DNA of 64,000 nucleotides from positions 44,330,001 to 44,394,000 of the forward strand of contig NC_043004.1 of NCBI RefSeq assembly GCF_006345805.1, read 5' to 3'. The position numbers were made by a program, and so were the translations under genes. Under the pieces are notes generated by a model. That model was not told the origin of the DNA. It did no database searches and saw only the letters and a program-made list of their open reading frames with translations. Shown here piece after piece: positions 26,010 to 39,981 of the stretch (positions are counted from its first letter, which is position 1; every line of letters begins with the position of its first letter). The DNA is from Octopus sinensis (taxonomy: Eukaryota).

Positions 26010-26683
26010 CATGTATGTATACATGCATACATACATAAATACATACATACAGACATATACATAATGTTTATAAGAAGGTGCCATAACGTGCTGTATAGTA
26101 GATTTATAGATTTTACTTGAAATCTATAGATTTATTTCATAGTATATCTTGACATCAAAACAATACTTTCTTCACGCCTTATTAATTTGTGCATGCGTAA
26201 GTACGCATGCGCAATGTTTCTGTGCATACGCAAATATCTGTGCGTTTGTGAGTTGCATATATATATGCGCCATTACGTAATGTGCAACTGTTCTGTGTGT
26301 TTGTGATGGAATATATACATTGATGCATAGGTGTATCCAAGTGGCATGTATATATGTAATATATGTAAGTATGAATGTATGCACTTGTGACTTTATCCCC
26401 AATCCATATATATATACATATATATATAATACGTATATAGGAAAATTTGAAAACGGTAGCCACTCTCTGTTACTTCTGCTAAATATAAATACGTCTATGT
26501 GTGTGTGTGTGTGTGTACGTGTGCTTGTGTGTTGTGTCTGTCTGTGTGTGTGTATGTATTTCTATATGTAAATATATATAGAGAGAGATAGAGATATGTA
26601 TGTGTGAGCATGTGTGTGTGTATTATTAAGGTCGCTATTCGCAATTAATACAGAAAATAGCACGACAACAACTGACTAAGGAT

Positions 26684-26733
<50 letters not shown>

Positions 26734-26753
26734 AACAGAGGTTATCTACATTA

Positions 26754-26786
<33 letters not shown>

Positions 26787-26805
26787 GATGATATATATGT
26801 ATGTA

Positions 26806-26863
<58 letters not shown>

Positions 26864-27689
26864 AATAAATAAATATATATAGAGAGAGGGAGACTTGTAG
26901 GAATTACGTAAAATTTATCGCATTCTTATAATTGCATCGTATCAGCATATTTGTACACGCCATTGTTTTGTCTTTTGCTGAACATTAAATCTAAAGAACT
27001 AAGAATTTAACAGATGGAACAAATATTTTCATTGATAGGGAAAGAAATAAAGGGAATTTGATGTTTCCAAGGTTTCATCGAAATTAAAGGATATCGCTGG
27101 ATTCTTCTGTGAACATTGGTTATACCTATTAATTATTTTCTCGACTTGAAGCGAAACCTGTAAATTACTATCATATGCATTCACTAGGGCCAATATTTCA
27201 CGTTAAGCCTGCATGGAGATGTTATAAAACCTATACTTTTATAATCGCTTCCACTTTCTTTCATCTGCTGTATAAATTAATGTCTTTATATGAAATATGT
27301 TCGAATTTGCATGCCAGACGCCTTTCATTAGATGATTTCTGTGCATGGCTCTTAGATGTTATTGTGACAGCTTCAATAGGAGAGACAAAACAATGTCAAC
27401 AGATAGCAGTTATAAAATGTCAGGTTTTTATACCTCCAATTTCTGTGTTCACTTTGCCTATATTTCTGATAGTTCAATATATTTTATTACACTTGAAATT
27501 ATTATATATATATATATATACATTTACACACGCACACACACATATTTACATACATTATACATATAGATAGATTATAGATAGAGAGGTGGATAGCTGTGGG
27601 TACGTTTGTGCCACTGCCTGCATATATATATATTCATATATATATATATATATTATATATTATATATATATATATATATATATTCTTTT

Positions 27690-27990
27690 AGTGGTTTCTT
27701 TCATTTGATGCGGCCATGCTAGGGCACTGCCTTTAGTCGAACAAATTTGACCTTAGGTCTTATTCTTTGTAAGCCTACTACTTTTTAAAACTTGAACGGT
27801 CTCTTTTGCCGAACCGCTTAGTTAAGGGGACGATAGCAATCCAAAGTCGCTTGTCAAGCGATGGTGGGGTGAGAAATACAGAATGCTTTGGTCGGTCCAA
27901 GATTATAGTTGAAGACACTTGCTCAAAGTGCCACGCAGCTGGACTGAACTCCTAACCGTGTGGTTGGGAAGCAAGCTTCTGACCACACTG
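27690..27990 (-). mobile_element. SINE family A, degraded copy
   Basis: gcggccatgctagggcactgcc ... gaagacacttgctcaaagtgccacgcag. Confidence 0.75.
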
Positions 27991-30794
27991 CCACAGCTGC
28001 CCCTATACAAACATACATACGCTGGCTCTCGATTCGTGAACGAAGAAACTTATCACAGACTAATAAGAACATTGTCTGCCCAAACAATCTTATAATTACA
28101 TTTGTGACGTCAGTTGTTGTCTAATGAGCTCAGCACTCGTATACTGGTCCGCAGACACTGCATGGAAAGGTTACCCTTTCATTGCACGTATTTTTCTGCA
28201 CTGATGCTGATGTCATGAATTGTTTTCCCAATTGCCCTCCCATGTTTTACTGTTTTTAAACCAGAATTTTACACAATCCTTACATATGTATATGTGTATG
28301 TGTGTGTGAGAGAGAATGTGTGTGTGTAGAAAGAGAGAGAAGGGGGCGCTATGGTAGACATATTTGCAGACAGAAATGGTATAATAAAGGTAGGTAAGTG
28401 AATAATAAAAGTAAGTTGGAGAACAGTTACTTCCGTTTAAACGTTGCATATGGAAGTACTCAGAATCTTAGCTTTCGTCTAATATTAGCTCAATTTTAAA
28501 ATTCTTATTACAGAACATATTAATGAACATATATAAACGATTGTTTTCTTGGAGCGACTGACACTGTACTAGTCAGACGATTGCTACCACCCTAAGCAAA
28601 GATACCCAATGAAAATTACTACATGTTATCTGTTTTCTATTCTTTTACTTTTTTGCCGGAAATAATGTACTTCTGCCATTTTATTTAGTATGAAATGCAT
28701 GAAAATTGAAGGCACGTTCCCCTTTTTGTATGTATTATATCATATAATAAAATAAAAACATATTGTACTTACAAATTTGTCTATCAAGTGTTCGAATGTT
28801 TAAATGTCATGTATAAACGTCCTGAAGAAAATGTAATAGGTTCATAACATGTTGAAAATGGTAAAGTATATTATTTCCAAAGATGAGTGTAATTTTGGTT
28901 GGTTAGTGTCTATCATGAATGGAGAAAATATTTCTAAATAATTGATAACTTCCTGTCACTAAGAAGGTTGTCGGTAATTCTTTTAATGTTGTGCAAACCC
29001 TGAATTGATGTTAGTACACAAGATGCATTCAATGATGCGGAGAATGTTATTGTAACACAACTTACATATTGTTCTCTATATATTTGAGTAGTGAAAATCG
29101 TATTTAAAACGTTGTCTTAATAGGTTCTTCTTCCATTTCCCGTATAGCACAAGGGTAGATTTGTGTGTTTCCTGCATCTAAACCTATCATACAGTTCAGT
29201 TATGTAGATCTAGCACTATTTAGCCAGTCTATGTTTACTAATGCTAGAAGGCTCCACACATCTAAGTGAATAATCTTAGTATTATAATAGGTATAGAAAT
29301 GTGGACGGCACTACTTGTGAGACATTCTTTCAGAGAAACGTCTGAAAAAAGCACGAGTGTTAAAAACACAGGGTTTCACACAGAACTCCAACAGATCGCT
29401 AGGATTGGCGTTTTGAGCTAATTAGCTCTCCTCAATGATAAATATCCCGAACGTTCTGAGCTAAACTGGAACATTCTTGTTTCGATATAGTAATAGGTAA
29501 ACAAAGCATTTACTAATTTATGCAATAGCTATCAAGTCTAGTACCAAGTATTAGAATGTCACAATTTTAGTTTGATGTTTTTTATTATGCTACTTCAATA
29601 ACCGTAGCTGTAGAAAACATTAACCTGCTCCAGACTGTTACATATACAGAGTGAACAGATGAATAATAATCCTGTGTATCATTGTAAATGAGATGAATTA
29701 ATTAATGATGGGCAATAGGATATGTATTATAAGTGAAACGATAAACAATTCGTTATGTGATACCACATACTCAAACAGAGCACATTTTCACCACACAGTG
29801 CTAACTCACAATCAAAGATCTAAAATAAGATTTGACAAAGGCAATATTATCATCATCGCTTTATTTTATTTTTATTTGGCAGATAATTGTATCCAACACA
29901 AAATAGAATACAATTGCTAACAGACAGCACGGCGTAATTAACAACATCGACAAATTTATCATCAACAAAACATTCCAATAATAGCCCAAATCTATCATCA
30001 ACCACAAAACGTCTCAATAATAACCCAAAGTAAAGTATCTACATTCCATCGGCAATTATAGCCACTTATAAGTAATGCGCTTTTTTAAACCTACGGAACC
30101 CAATATTAAGCACGCCAAAATGGAGCACAAAACATACGATATATAGTTTGCTATCGACACCACAGTTTTGACTACGTCTTTCCATAAAGCACTAGAAAAT
30201 TCAAAATGCTGACACCATGACAAATCATAATTTCTGTGAAAATATAATTAAAATATCAAGATTCTATATGAATTATTGCACTCAACGTTTTCTTCGTGCT
30301 TTCATATCAACATTACGACGAATTAAATCTTTCACTTGCATTTCTTGTTCACTACTTATTAACAAAATATCAATTATACATAAGAGACAATACAACGAAT
30401 AAATGACTCCCGTCAGAACAAGCGAGTGTAGTACTCAGTGAATTCATATGAATCCTTTCGTATCGAATATCTTAATTATTCGTTCTCTCATCATTCTTTC
30501 TCAATCAGTATCTACATGACAAGTGTCCAATTCCATGTACATACACAATCTTATACACCGATGACATTACTCTCACATATATGGACACAGTTTCTCCAAT
30601 ACGGAATCAATTATCTAGATTGGATCTTCTCTTCTAATCAACAGACTTAAATGAAGATCAATCAACGAAGATGTTTCTTTTGTTATTAAATAACATTAAA
30701 TAAAACACAACGCATGATCGCGCTCATGAGCATAAACCTACTATGTATTCGTTAATCAAAAACACAAGGAGTTACTTCTGCATATTACACCACG

Positions 30795-31241
30795 GGGATC
30801 GTTTCGGTTTGAACGGCAGTTTTTTTCTAGCGATGTCATATGAAATTGTCACCCATAATTATGACTCTAGAATCGATCTATTGCGTTTCAATCTCTTTTA
30901 GGGTTAGGGTTAGAGTTAGGGTTAGTTAGTGTTAGGGTTAGGGGTGGAGGAAGGGTATTTTTTTTTCTTCACAAATGTAAATAAACCCAATCTGTTTCTT
31001 AAACGAGGGACATATTCATACGGCACAGAACGCTTTTTAACTCAATAGACGTCACTGATTGGTTGATATTGCAGAAATTGAAGAAAAATAACAATAAATA
31101 TCTTACAAACTATAGAATTTTCTCAATAAAGCCAAGAGAAAAAGACGTTTTATAAACACATTCTACCAGTATACGAAGTTTAACATTTTTTAGTTACCTA
31201 GAAATTATGACAAAAACTGCCATTCAAACCGAAAAAATCCC
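30795..31241. mobile_element. MITE-like element with ~28-bp terminal inverted repeats and an internal TTAGGG-like tract
   Basis: gggatcgtttcggtttgaacggcagtttt / aaaactgccattcaaaccgaaaaaatccc. Second copy at 50125-50535. Confidence 0.8.
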
Positions 31242-31579
31242 ACCACTGCATCACTCAAGCCTTTAGTAGACTTTGCCAAAATTAGGCAAAATCATGCACA
31301 AATATATCTGGGAACACATAATTATTGTATTTAGTCAGTATAATTAAAATTGTAATGTTAGCGTTCAATAAATTTCGGAAACAAATCGTTTCGCGTTCAT
31401 TACCAATGTGCAATACCTTTAAAACCGTGTCCACTGCCATAGCCCTGTGGTGACCTACGCTTTGTGAATGAATTAGGTTGGTGGAAACAGTGTTTGAATC
31501 CACTGAATACATATGTGTGTGTTTTGTGCGTGGGTGGGTGTAAATTGCTTTGTTTTTGTTTGTTGTTTTAGCATCCGAA

Positions 31580-31800
31580 TGACGCCACCCTGCTAGCAGA
31601 GCGTGCAGGCCAACAGAAGAAAGAGTGAGAGAAAGAGTGGTGAAAGAGTACAACAGGGATCACCACCCCCTGCCGGAGCTTCGTGGAGCTTTTAGGTGCT
31701 TTCGCTCAATAAACACACACAACGCCTGATCTGGGAATCGAAACCGCGATCCTACGACCGCGAGTCTGATGTCCTAACCACTGGGCCATTGCGCCTCCAC
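31580..31800 (-). mobile_element. SINE family B
   Basis: The reverse complement starts ggaggcgcaatggcccagtggttagg ... gcggtttcgattcccag. Confidence 0.85.
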
Positions 31801-33142
31801 AAATTGCTTTGTATTAACCGTAAATTAGCAGTTTGGTAAGAAGGCGACAATAATGAACTGGGGACGATTTGTTCGACACTTGGAAGCTATGCCCAAGCAT
31901 GAACGCCGTCCAGTGATTAAAACAAGTAAAAGTATAAGCAATATTTTACATTCATCATAGATTAGATCTGTTAATAACAAACCCTAAATCTTTCTCCAAC
32001 ATAACGCTGCAAATTATAAACAACACGAAACATTTCTTTCTGAATCATTGCAGGTTGCACACTAACAAAATTCATAGGGGCATCAAGTAATAAGATGATC
32101 GTCACTGTGCACATGTATGCGTAGTCCTGAGCAGGATTTTGGAGGGAAGATTGACTATGAAGCATATTTGCAAATCTCCTTTTTCCCACCAATGTCATTT
32201 GGTCAAAGGGAAGAACGCTAACTTTGGCCGATCCAGCTTATCACTGTTGTCACAAGCATTACCTTCAGAACTACAACAGATAAAAAAATATATTTCAGAA
32301 ACTTTTAGCAATTCCGCCAATTCACTGCCTGGGATTCATTTTTCTTTTATTTATTATATATTTTTTATTTGCTTCATTTGTTGATTGAAGCTCAGCTATC
32401 TGCGATAAAGCTTTCGATAAATCTTTTTTCCGTTAAGGGGTTAGTTTATTTAAACTTACAGTTGCATTCATGTAGTCATGTTTTACGTTGCGGCTAGAGA
32501 TTTATGGACATAGGTTATTATAAAAATTTATAGATGGTTTGCCTGGAATTTCGCCTCAGCATGTTGAGAGTGCTATGTGAAGCGATGAAGCGTGTAATTA
32601 TCTGGTAGCTGTCTCCCTATGTTTGTAGATATGATTATACTCTATCGGGTGGTATAACATGCCACCCGAAACCATATCCATATATACCTATGTACCTACC
32701 CTCTCTCTCTCTCACTCTCACTCTCTCACAACATGCATATGTATATATCAATAATATTTCCAATATTCCAGCAATCCAGTCGTCATGCGCAATCATCAAG
32801 CATATCAAAGATAATATTAGGAGGTTAATATTGAATCTTTAATCATATAAGGAAATATTCAATAAAGCTACTCACCCTCTAGCTCCTGGCTAAATGTAGC
32901 GCCGAATATGAACTGAATTGAATAGATCCACCCGTATAAAAAAGCAGTAGTCATGGAAACATGTATTTAATATGCCATAACTTACCACAGTGTATAACCG
33001 TAGCCAAAAGCATCGCAACAATGTTTCTTATGATACTTAATCTGATTTCATGCTTCACATAATTACTATAATCAATATCGAACACACATACACACGTTTT
33101 GTGTTTTGTCAGTCCGTGCGCAAGCTGCGTTGGTAGGTGCAA

Positions 33143-33278
33143 GAGAATATATTCTCAAAAGTTCCCCAGGTGTTAAAACACCTAGAGGTCATAATCAAGT
33201 GAGATAACTCACATTAGGTCCCGTCACATTATCTCCCAGGAGTTTTAACACCAGAGAAATTCGTGTGAATATATTCTG
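33143..33278. repeat. Small foldback element with ~42-bp imperfect inverted repeats
   Basis: agaatatattctcaaaagttccccaggtgttaaaacacctaga versus the reverse complement agaatatattcacacgaatttctctggtgttaaaactcctggg. Confidence 0.65.
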
Positions 33279-34540
33279 TTACGCCTACACTCGCATCCTG
33301 CTGCGAACTGACAAAATACATACCTTGTGTATGTGTGTTCAGTATAAACTTATATCACTCAGGCTGTTTCTCATTCATATTTGTAATTACTATTGTAATT
33401 ACAAATATAATGTATTTAAAACGTTTTTATTTAATAAACTCCTTACTTATATTTGAATAATAAAATCTTATACTTCGTTTTTGGATTTGGTTTGCAAGAT
33501 TCTTTATATGAGTTCGTATGTTGAAGCATATTCTATTGTGTCTGGGGAGAGTTCTTTTGGCGGACATTAAAAATAAGAAAAACGTGGAAATTTTACCGGT
33601 GAGTGCGTTACATAATAAGGGACAAAAAGATAATTTTATGGATTTTCAGCTATATTCAAAATGGCAGCAACGCGCATCTAATCAAACGGTGTATAATTAT
33701 AGAAACACACATCTAAGCAGCAACCTCAATGTAAAATGCCATTGAGATGTGTTAGTGCATGTAGCTGAGTTTAATTCAACAAATAGATCTGAAAGTTCAA
33801 AAGCGCGTTCACATCCAAAGTTATCGAGGTCAGAATGACGTCACATAAAAACCTTTAAAAACAGAAATAAACGGTGAACTAGAAAATGTAGCATTTATAA
33901 AGGAAAAAAAGAAACCCGCTACAAGACTCGTGGAAGAGTCAATTTATGCAGAACTAAAATGATTGAAATAGTAGCAACAACAGGCAGAGTTTATTATAAA
34001 TGTTAAAGATATGCTAAAACATTTTACGGATAATAATTCAGTCTTATTCCTTTTAACACATCCCAGCGGCACAACTAGAAACTGGATGCATGATCAATTT
34101 AAATCGACGCAGCAAAATATTTTTCCTTAACTTAAATGCAGGAGTGATCGTATTTTAAGATCATTATGCGTCAGGATTTCCCTTATGTATCGAGACGAAC
34201 CTAAAGCCATGAAACACATACAGAAACCACATAGGATGCACCAATAGAATGTACACATTGTAACACCAAATTAAATATTTTCAAACCTTGAAATTAGCAT
34301 TACATACGTACCAAGCGCAACAAATATACAGTAGAATATTGAGCAATAACGAAATGGGGAGAATTAAAGAACTGCATTACAGTATTTATTTAATATGATT
34401 CCTATATAAGAAACAAAGAATATATATTCCTATATCTATCTGTTTCTGTCTATTAGTGTATGTACACAAAAATACGATATATATATGAGTATATCTGTCA
34501 ATCTCTCCCTCTCAATCTCTCTCGATATGAATATATAATA

Positions 34541-34579
<39 letters not shown>

Positions 34580-34629
34580 GTATGTTTGTGTATGATGTAT
34601 GCACATATGTAAGCATACAAATGCATTGT

Positions 34630-34925
34630 GGAGGCACATAGCCTTGTGGTTAGTTCTGCGGACTCGTGGTCGAGGGATCGTGGGTTTGAATCTCAGACCG
34701 TGCGATGTGTGTGTTTATGAGCGAAACACCTAAGCTCCACGCAGCTCTGGTAGAAGGTATTGGCGAAACCTCTGCTGACTCTTTCGCCACAACTTTCTCT
34801 CACTCTTTCCTCTTGCAGCTCACCTGCGACGGACCGGCGTCCCGTCCAGGTGGGGAACCTATATACGAAGGAAACCAGGAAACCGGCTCCTTATGAACCA
34901 GGAGTGGCTCGAAAAGGAACATACA
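34630..34925 (+). mobile_element. SINE family B (subfamily nearly identical to 38081-38375)
   Basis: Shared gagcgaaacacctaagctccacgcagctctggtagaaggtattggcgaaacctctgctgac. Confidence 0.85.
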
Positions 34926-35302
34926 AATGCATTTACGTTGAAGTACGCAAACGCATTTTCAGCTATTTATTTATGTCTATATGCATTTATGTATGTAAGA
35001 ATGTATGTATATATCTACATATATAAAGATACATAACATTATGCACACACATAATTATAATGTGTGCAATATTCGTGACTTTGTGTTTCGTATATGACTA
35101 CACAACATATAAAACATACAACAGGAACAGATAGCAATGGTATAACATATTATGATTGCATGCATCATTATCCTTGTGCATAATCTCGAGAATAAACGAA
35201 TCTATAAATACATTTTACAACGAAATACGCAAACACGCACATGCACACACGTATGCAGAGTAATGCGCTATATACATATATATATATATAATATATATAT
35301 AC

Positions 35303-35394
<92 letters not shown>

Positions 35395-35409
35395 ATATAT
35401 ATATATATA

Positions 35410-35458
<49 letters not shown>

Positions 35459-36084
35459 ATATATATATACATGTATGTATGTATATATGTATGTATATAT
35501 ATATTTGTATATATATATACATATATATTATATATATATATATTATATATATATTATATATATATATATATACATACATACATACAATTAGTATATTTAC
35601 ATTAAGTATGTAAATATATGTTTATATAAATATACATAGGGATGAAGGTATTATATGTGTATTCATACACAAACACATACACACACCTACATACACATAC
35701 ACACACATATATATATATTTTTTTCCTTATGTAAGCATGTGTTTGTTTGTGCATGTGACTATTTACTTGAGTATGTTTCTGTGCGTATGAATACACATCC
35801 CTTCCTACGCATGTTTGCCTGCATTTATGAATGCCTCTTTAATCCGTGTAGGCTCGTATAAGTTACATGACGAGATAACTTAATCCATACAATAATTGCA
35901 AGCCTTTCAATCATTATATTCAACCACACAGACACACACACACACACACACAGAGTCATATATATATGTTTGTTTGTATTGTATGTATCTATGTATGTGT
36001 ATGTAAGTATAATTAGATCTATATGTCTGTTTGTGTGTGTTTGCTTGAGTGCGTGTGTGTATGTTTCTGTGTGTGTGTGTTTTC

Positions 36085-36321
36085 GTGTACAAAACGAGAG
36101 ACTCTCAGCCACTTCCCTGAGTACCGCTGGCGATTTTTTTCCTCTGTCTTCCCTTCTCGGGATCTTTTCTTCTCCTATGTTTCCGACGAAGAGCTCCGCT
36201 CGAAACGTTAAACCCTGCTTTTTCCGTTCTTTCCTGAGCGTCCAATAATACTTTATTTGTTCCACGTCCTCGCGTTGTTGTGTTTTTTTTTTGTTTTATT
36301 TTTGTGTTTTCTTGTTTGGAT

Positions 36322-36330
<9 letters not shown>
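36085..36330 (+). repeat. Dispersed repeat with a minimal hammerhead-like motif (36179-36213)
   Basis: GTTT-CCGACGA-A-GAGC-TCC-GCTC-GAAA-CG-T-T-AAAC. Confidence 0.7.
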
Positions 36331-36370
<40 letters not shown>

Positions 36371-36418
36371 TTAAACTTGACGAAACAAATGCATATATAG
36401 ATGTGTGTGTCTGTGTTT

Positions 36419-36482
<64 letters not shown>

Positions 36483-36639
36483 TGTGTGTGTGTCTCTGTT
36501 TGTGTGTGTGTATTCTCCGTGAAAATATTGAGTTACTCCTCGATATAATCTTGCTTGAATATTTTTACATGTAAAATATTCTTAATCTCTCAAATATGCT
36601 TTGTTGTGGTTTCGTTTTCATGTGCACGATATTTCGCTA

Positions 36640-36743
36640 TCGGCATCGGGCATCACCATCCTCCTCACCAGCATCATCAATACGTCCACCACCACCAACA
36701 CAACTGTCTCATCACCACCACTACCGTCATCATCATCATCATT

Positions 36744-36799
<56 letters not shown>

Positions 36800-36916
36800 T
36801 ATCATCCCATGCAGAAATCTTACACTGCCTCCTATTATCATGAGCAGCAGCAGCAATAACAGCAATATCATCTTTTCATTATCAGATAAGAACAATATCG
36901 TTGTCGCCGCCATCCC

Positions 36917-36947
<31 letters not shown>

Positions 36948-37340
36948 TTCATCAATAACAACAAGAACAGCATCAAGAATGGCAACAACAACAACAGCAA
37001 CAACAATAACAACAGCAACAACAAGCTAAAAGCATTAATTTGATGAATGAAACTTTGAGGAAAATAGATCTGACAGAAATCCCACACAAACATCAGCATC
37101 ACCACCACCACTACGATCACCATCAACACCATCATCACCATCACCACCATCATTAGCACCAGCACCTCCATCGCCACCACTACCTTCGCCACTATCAACA
37201 CCACCACCAGATCCGCAGCTTTTTAAATCCACAATCTCGGCTATAATCGAAACGAAAGCTATACTACAACACAACTATAACCAATGCAACATTCAATAAT
37301 AACAACGACAACCACTAACAAAACCACCATCCCAACTGCT
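36640..37340. repeat. (CAT)n/(CAA)n/(CAC)n trinucleotide low-complexity tract
   Basis: Direct inspection. Confidence 0.95.
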
Positions 37341-37376
37341 GTACGTCACAACTGAAACCTCATGTACCGCTTCAAC

Positions 37377-37795
37377 TGTGGCGAGCTGGCAGAAACGTTA
37401 GCACGCCGGGCGAAATGCGTAGCCGTATTTCGTCTGTCGTTACGTTGTGAGTTCAAATTCCGCCCAGGTTGACTTTGCCTTTCATCATTTCGGGGTCGAT
37501 AAATTAAATACCAGTTACGCCCTGGGGTCGATGTAATCGACTAAATATCTATGTCTGTCTTTGTTTGTCCCCTCTATGTTTAGCCCCTTGTGGGTAATAA
37601 AGAAATAGGTATTTCGTGTGCCGTTACCTTCTGAGTTCAAATTCCGCCGAGTTCGACGTTGCCTTTCATCCTTTAGGGGTCGATAAATTAAGTACCAGTT
37701 ACGCACTGGAGTCGATGTAGTCGGCTTAATCCGTTTGTCTCTCCTTGATTGTCCCCTCTGTGTTTAGCCCCTTGTGGGTAGTAAAGAAATAGGTA
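37377..37795 (+). mobile_element. SINE family C with a tandemly duplicated 3' body (period ~184 bp)
   Basis: Head ggcgagctggcagaaacgttagc. The gagttcaaattccgcc...aaagaaataggta body occurs at 37449 and 37633. Confidence 0.85.
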
Positions 37796-38080
37796 TACTG
37801 GGTTTCGTATGTGCGACCCCTATGTCACTTTCATGGCATGCGCTGCTCTCTCACTCAATAATAATACCATAATCACCACAGCCAACATTATCACTGCATT
37901 GATTTCTAGTACTTCCCGTTAGTACAAGCACTATACACCGCTGTAACCAAAACCGCAAGCACCACCGTCACCACCATCACAACAAAAATCCAAAACATAA
38001 TCACCACCACTGCAATCAGAACCACAACCGTGACAACTACAACTATTTCCACTTCAAGAATCACCACTCCAACCAAGGAG

Positions 38081-38375
38081 GAGGTACATGGTCTAGTGGT
38101 TAGAGCAGCGGACTAACGGTCGAGGGATCGAGGGTTCGAATCTCAGACCGTGCAATGTGTGTGTTTATGAGCGAAACACCTAAGCTCCACGCAGCTCTGG
38201 TAGAAGGTATTGGCGAAACCTCTGCTGACTCTTTCGCCACAACTTTCTCTCACTCTTTCCTCTTCTAGCTCACCTGCGACGGACCGGCGTCCCGTCCAGG
38301 TGGGGAACGCATTCGCCAAGGAAACCGGGAAACCGGCCCTTATGAGCCAGGAATGGCTCGAGAAGGAACAAACAA
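38081..38375 (+). mobile_element. SINE family B
   Basis: tggtctagtggttagagcagcggac ... gggttcgaatctc (tRNA A/B boxes). Confidence 0.85.
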
Positions 38376-39511
38376 AACAACTACAACCAGGACTACAACC
38401 ATTACAACTGCAGTCAAAACTACAACAACCACAGTTACCATCACGACAACAGCCAAAGCCATAACAATTGCAACTATCACCTCAACAGACAAAACCACAA
38501 CTACTATCACTACGGAAACCTAAACTATTGTAGCTAAAACACACACCTACCACCAGTGCAACAAGAACCACAACCAACACCACTAAAATCCAAATTACCT
38601 CTGAATACCACAGCGAATATCACAAGCAAAATCTCCTGTACTGCTTCTTACCAGCATAAACATATCTTCTAAAAATAATTGCAAAAGATATCAGTATTAA
38701 CAGGAGTGTTTTATCATAACATAAATGTAATCTTTCTATCGTGTAGTGTTAGTTCTGATATTGCTACTGCTTTAAAATGGAGCTGGTATTAGTAAAGAAC
38801 AGGGAGCGGCGTTTAATTAATTCAGCATCCACTGCACACGCAACGTAACTCTTACTGCTTGTTTAAATTTTGTTTTTAATAATTATTTTGTTTATTTAAC
38901 ACTACGTTTGTTTGTTTTTCCGCTTAGGTACTTTTTGTGAAATTTATATTTATAAATACTAACAAGTCGCAATCCGATTATGTGTACATGCAAATGAAAT
39001 GTAGAAACGGAAAGAGATTTATCAAGTTTGAAATAGTCTAAGTTCGAATGATTGAGGATTCTAAAGGAAAACAACAAGAACTAAAGAAAATGAGGAGGAA
39101 AAAATCTTGTAAGAGAATGAAGATATAAAACTAAGATTGAATAAATATGTTACAGATTGGAGTAAAAGAGGGAAAGAAAAGATTGAAGTAAAGAAACCCC
39201 AACACATGGGAATCAATAACGAGGAAGAGACGGCAGTTTAGAGACGGCGGATTATTGGCGTTGTGTGATTCTGTTCGTACATGATGTGTAGGAAGTGTAA
39301 AACAGAGAGTAAGGGAATTGTAATTTTATGATAAAATTTGATGGATGTAGGTGTTACAAAAATATGGGTAGTTACGAGAGGGTTTTTTTCTATAAATGGC
39401 TATCCTTATGTTGTGCTATAATAGGTAGTATCGTATAAAGACAGTATATGCACTGCATATACATACACACACATGCGTGCATACACTGATATGTATGTAC
39501 GTATACTTTTT

Positions 39512-39945
39512 TATTCTTTTACTTGTTTCAGTTATTTGACTGTGGCTACGCTGGAGCACCGCTTTTAGTCGACCAAATCGATCCCAGGACTTATTCTTTA
39601 TAAGCCTAGTACTTATTCTATCGGTCTTTTTTGCCGAACAGCTAAGTTACGTGGACGTAAACACACCAGCATCGGTTGTCAAGCGATGTTGGGGGGGGGG
39701 GACAAACACAGATACACAAACATATACACACACATACAAACATACATATATATATATATATATTTAATTTATTTATATACATATATACGACGGGCTTCTT
39801 TCAGTTTCCGTCTACCAAATCCACTCACAAGACTCTGGTCAGCCCGATGCTAGAGTAGAAGACACTTGCCCAGGGTGCCACGCAGTGGGACTGAACCCGG
39901 AACCATGTGTTTCGTAAGCAAGCTACTTACCACACAGACACTTCT
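39512..39945 (-). mobile_element. SINE family A, near full length
   Basis: ttttacttgtttcagttatttgactgtggc ... gacacttgcccagggtgccacgcagtgggactgaacccggaacc. Confidence 0.88.
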
Positions 39946-39981
39946 GTTTGTATACACTCATATATATATGTATATATATAT

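Noticed and set aside
30895-30950. TTAGGG tract as a telomere or fusion site
   Set aside because: Short, degenerate and internal to a dispersed TIR element.
32645-32680. cgggtgg..ccacccg hairpin followed by AAAC
   Set aside because: No CUGANGA-like core upstream on either strand.
38081-38150. tRNA-like sequences at SINE heads (also 13940, 23950, 31800, 44083)
   Set aside because: Only A/B boxes are kept, there is no full cloverleaf, and each runs into a shared SINE body.
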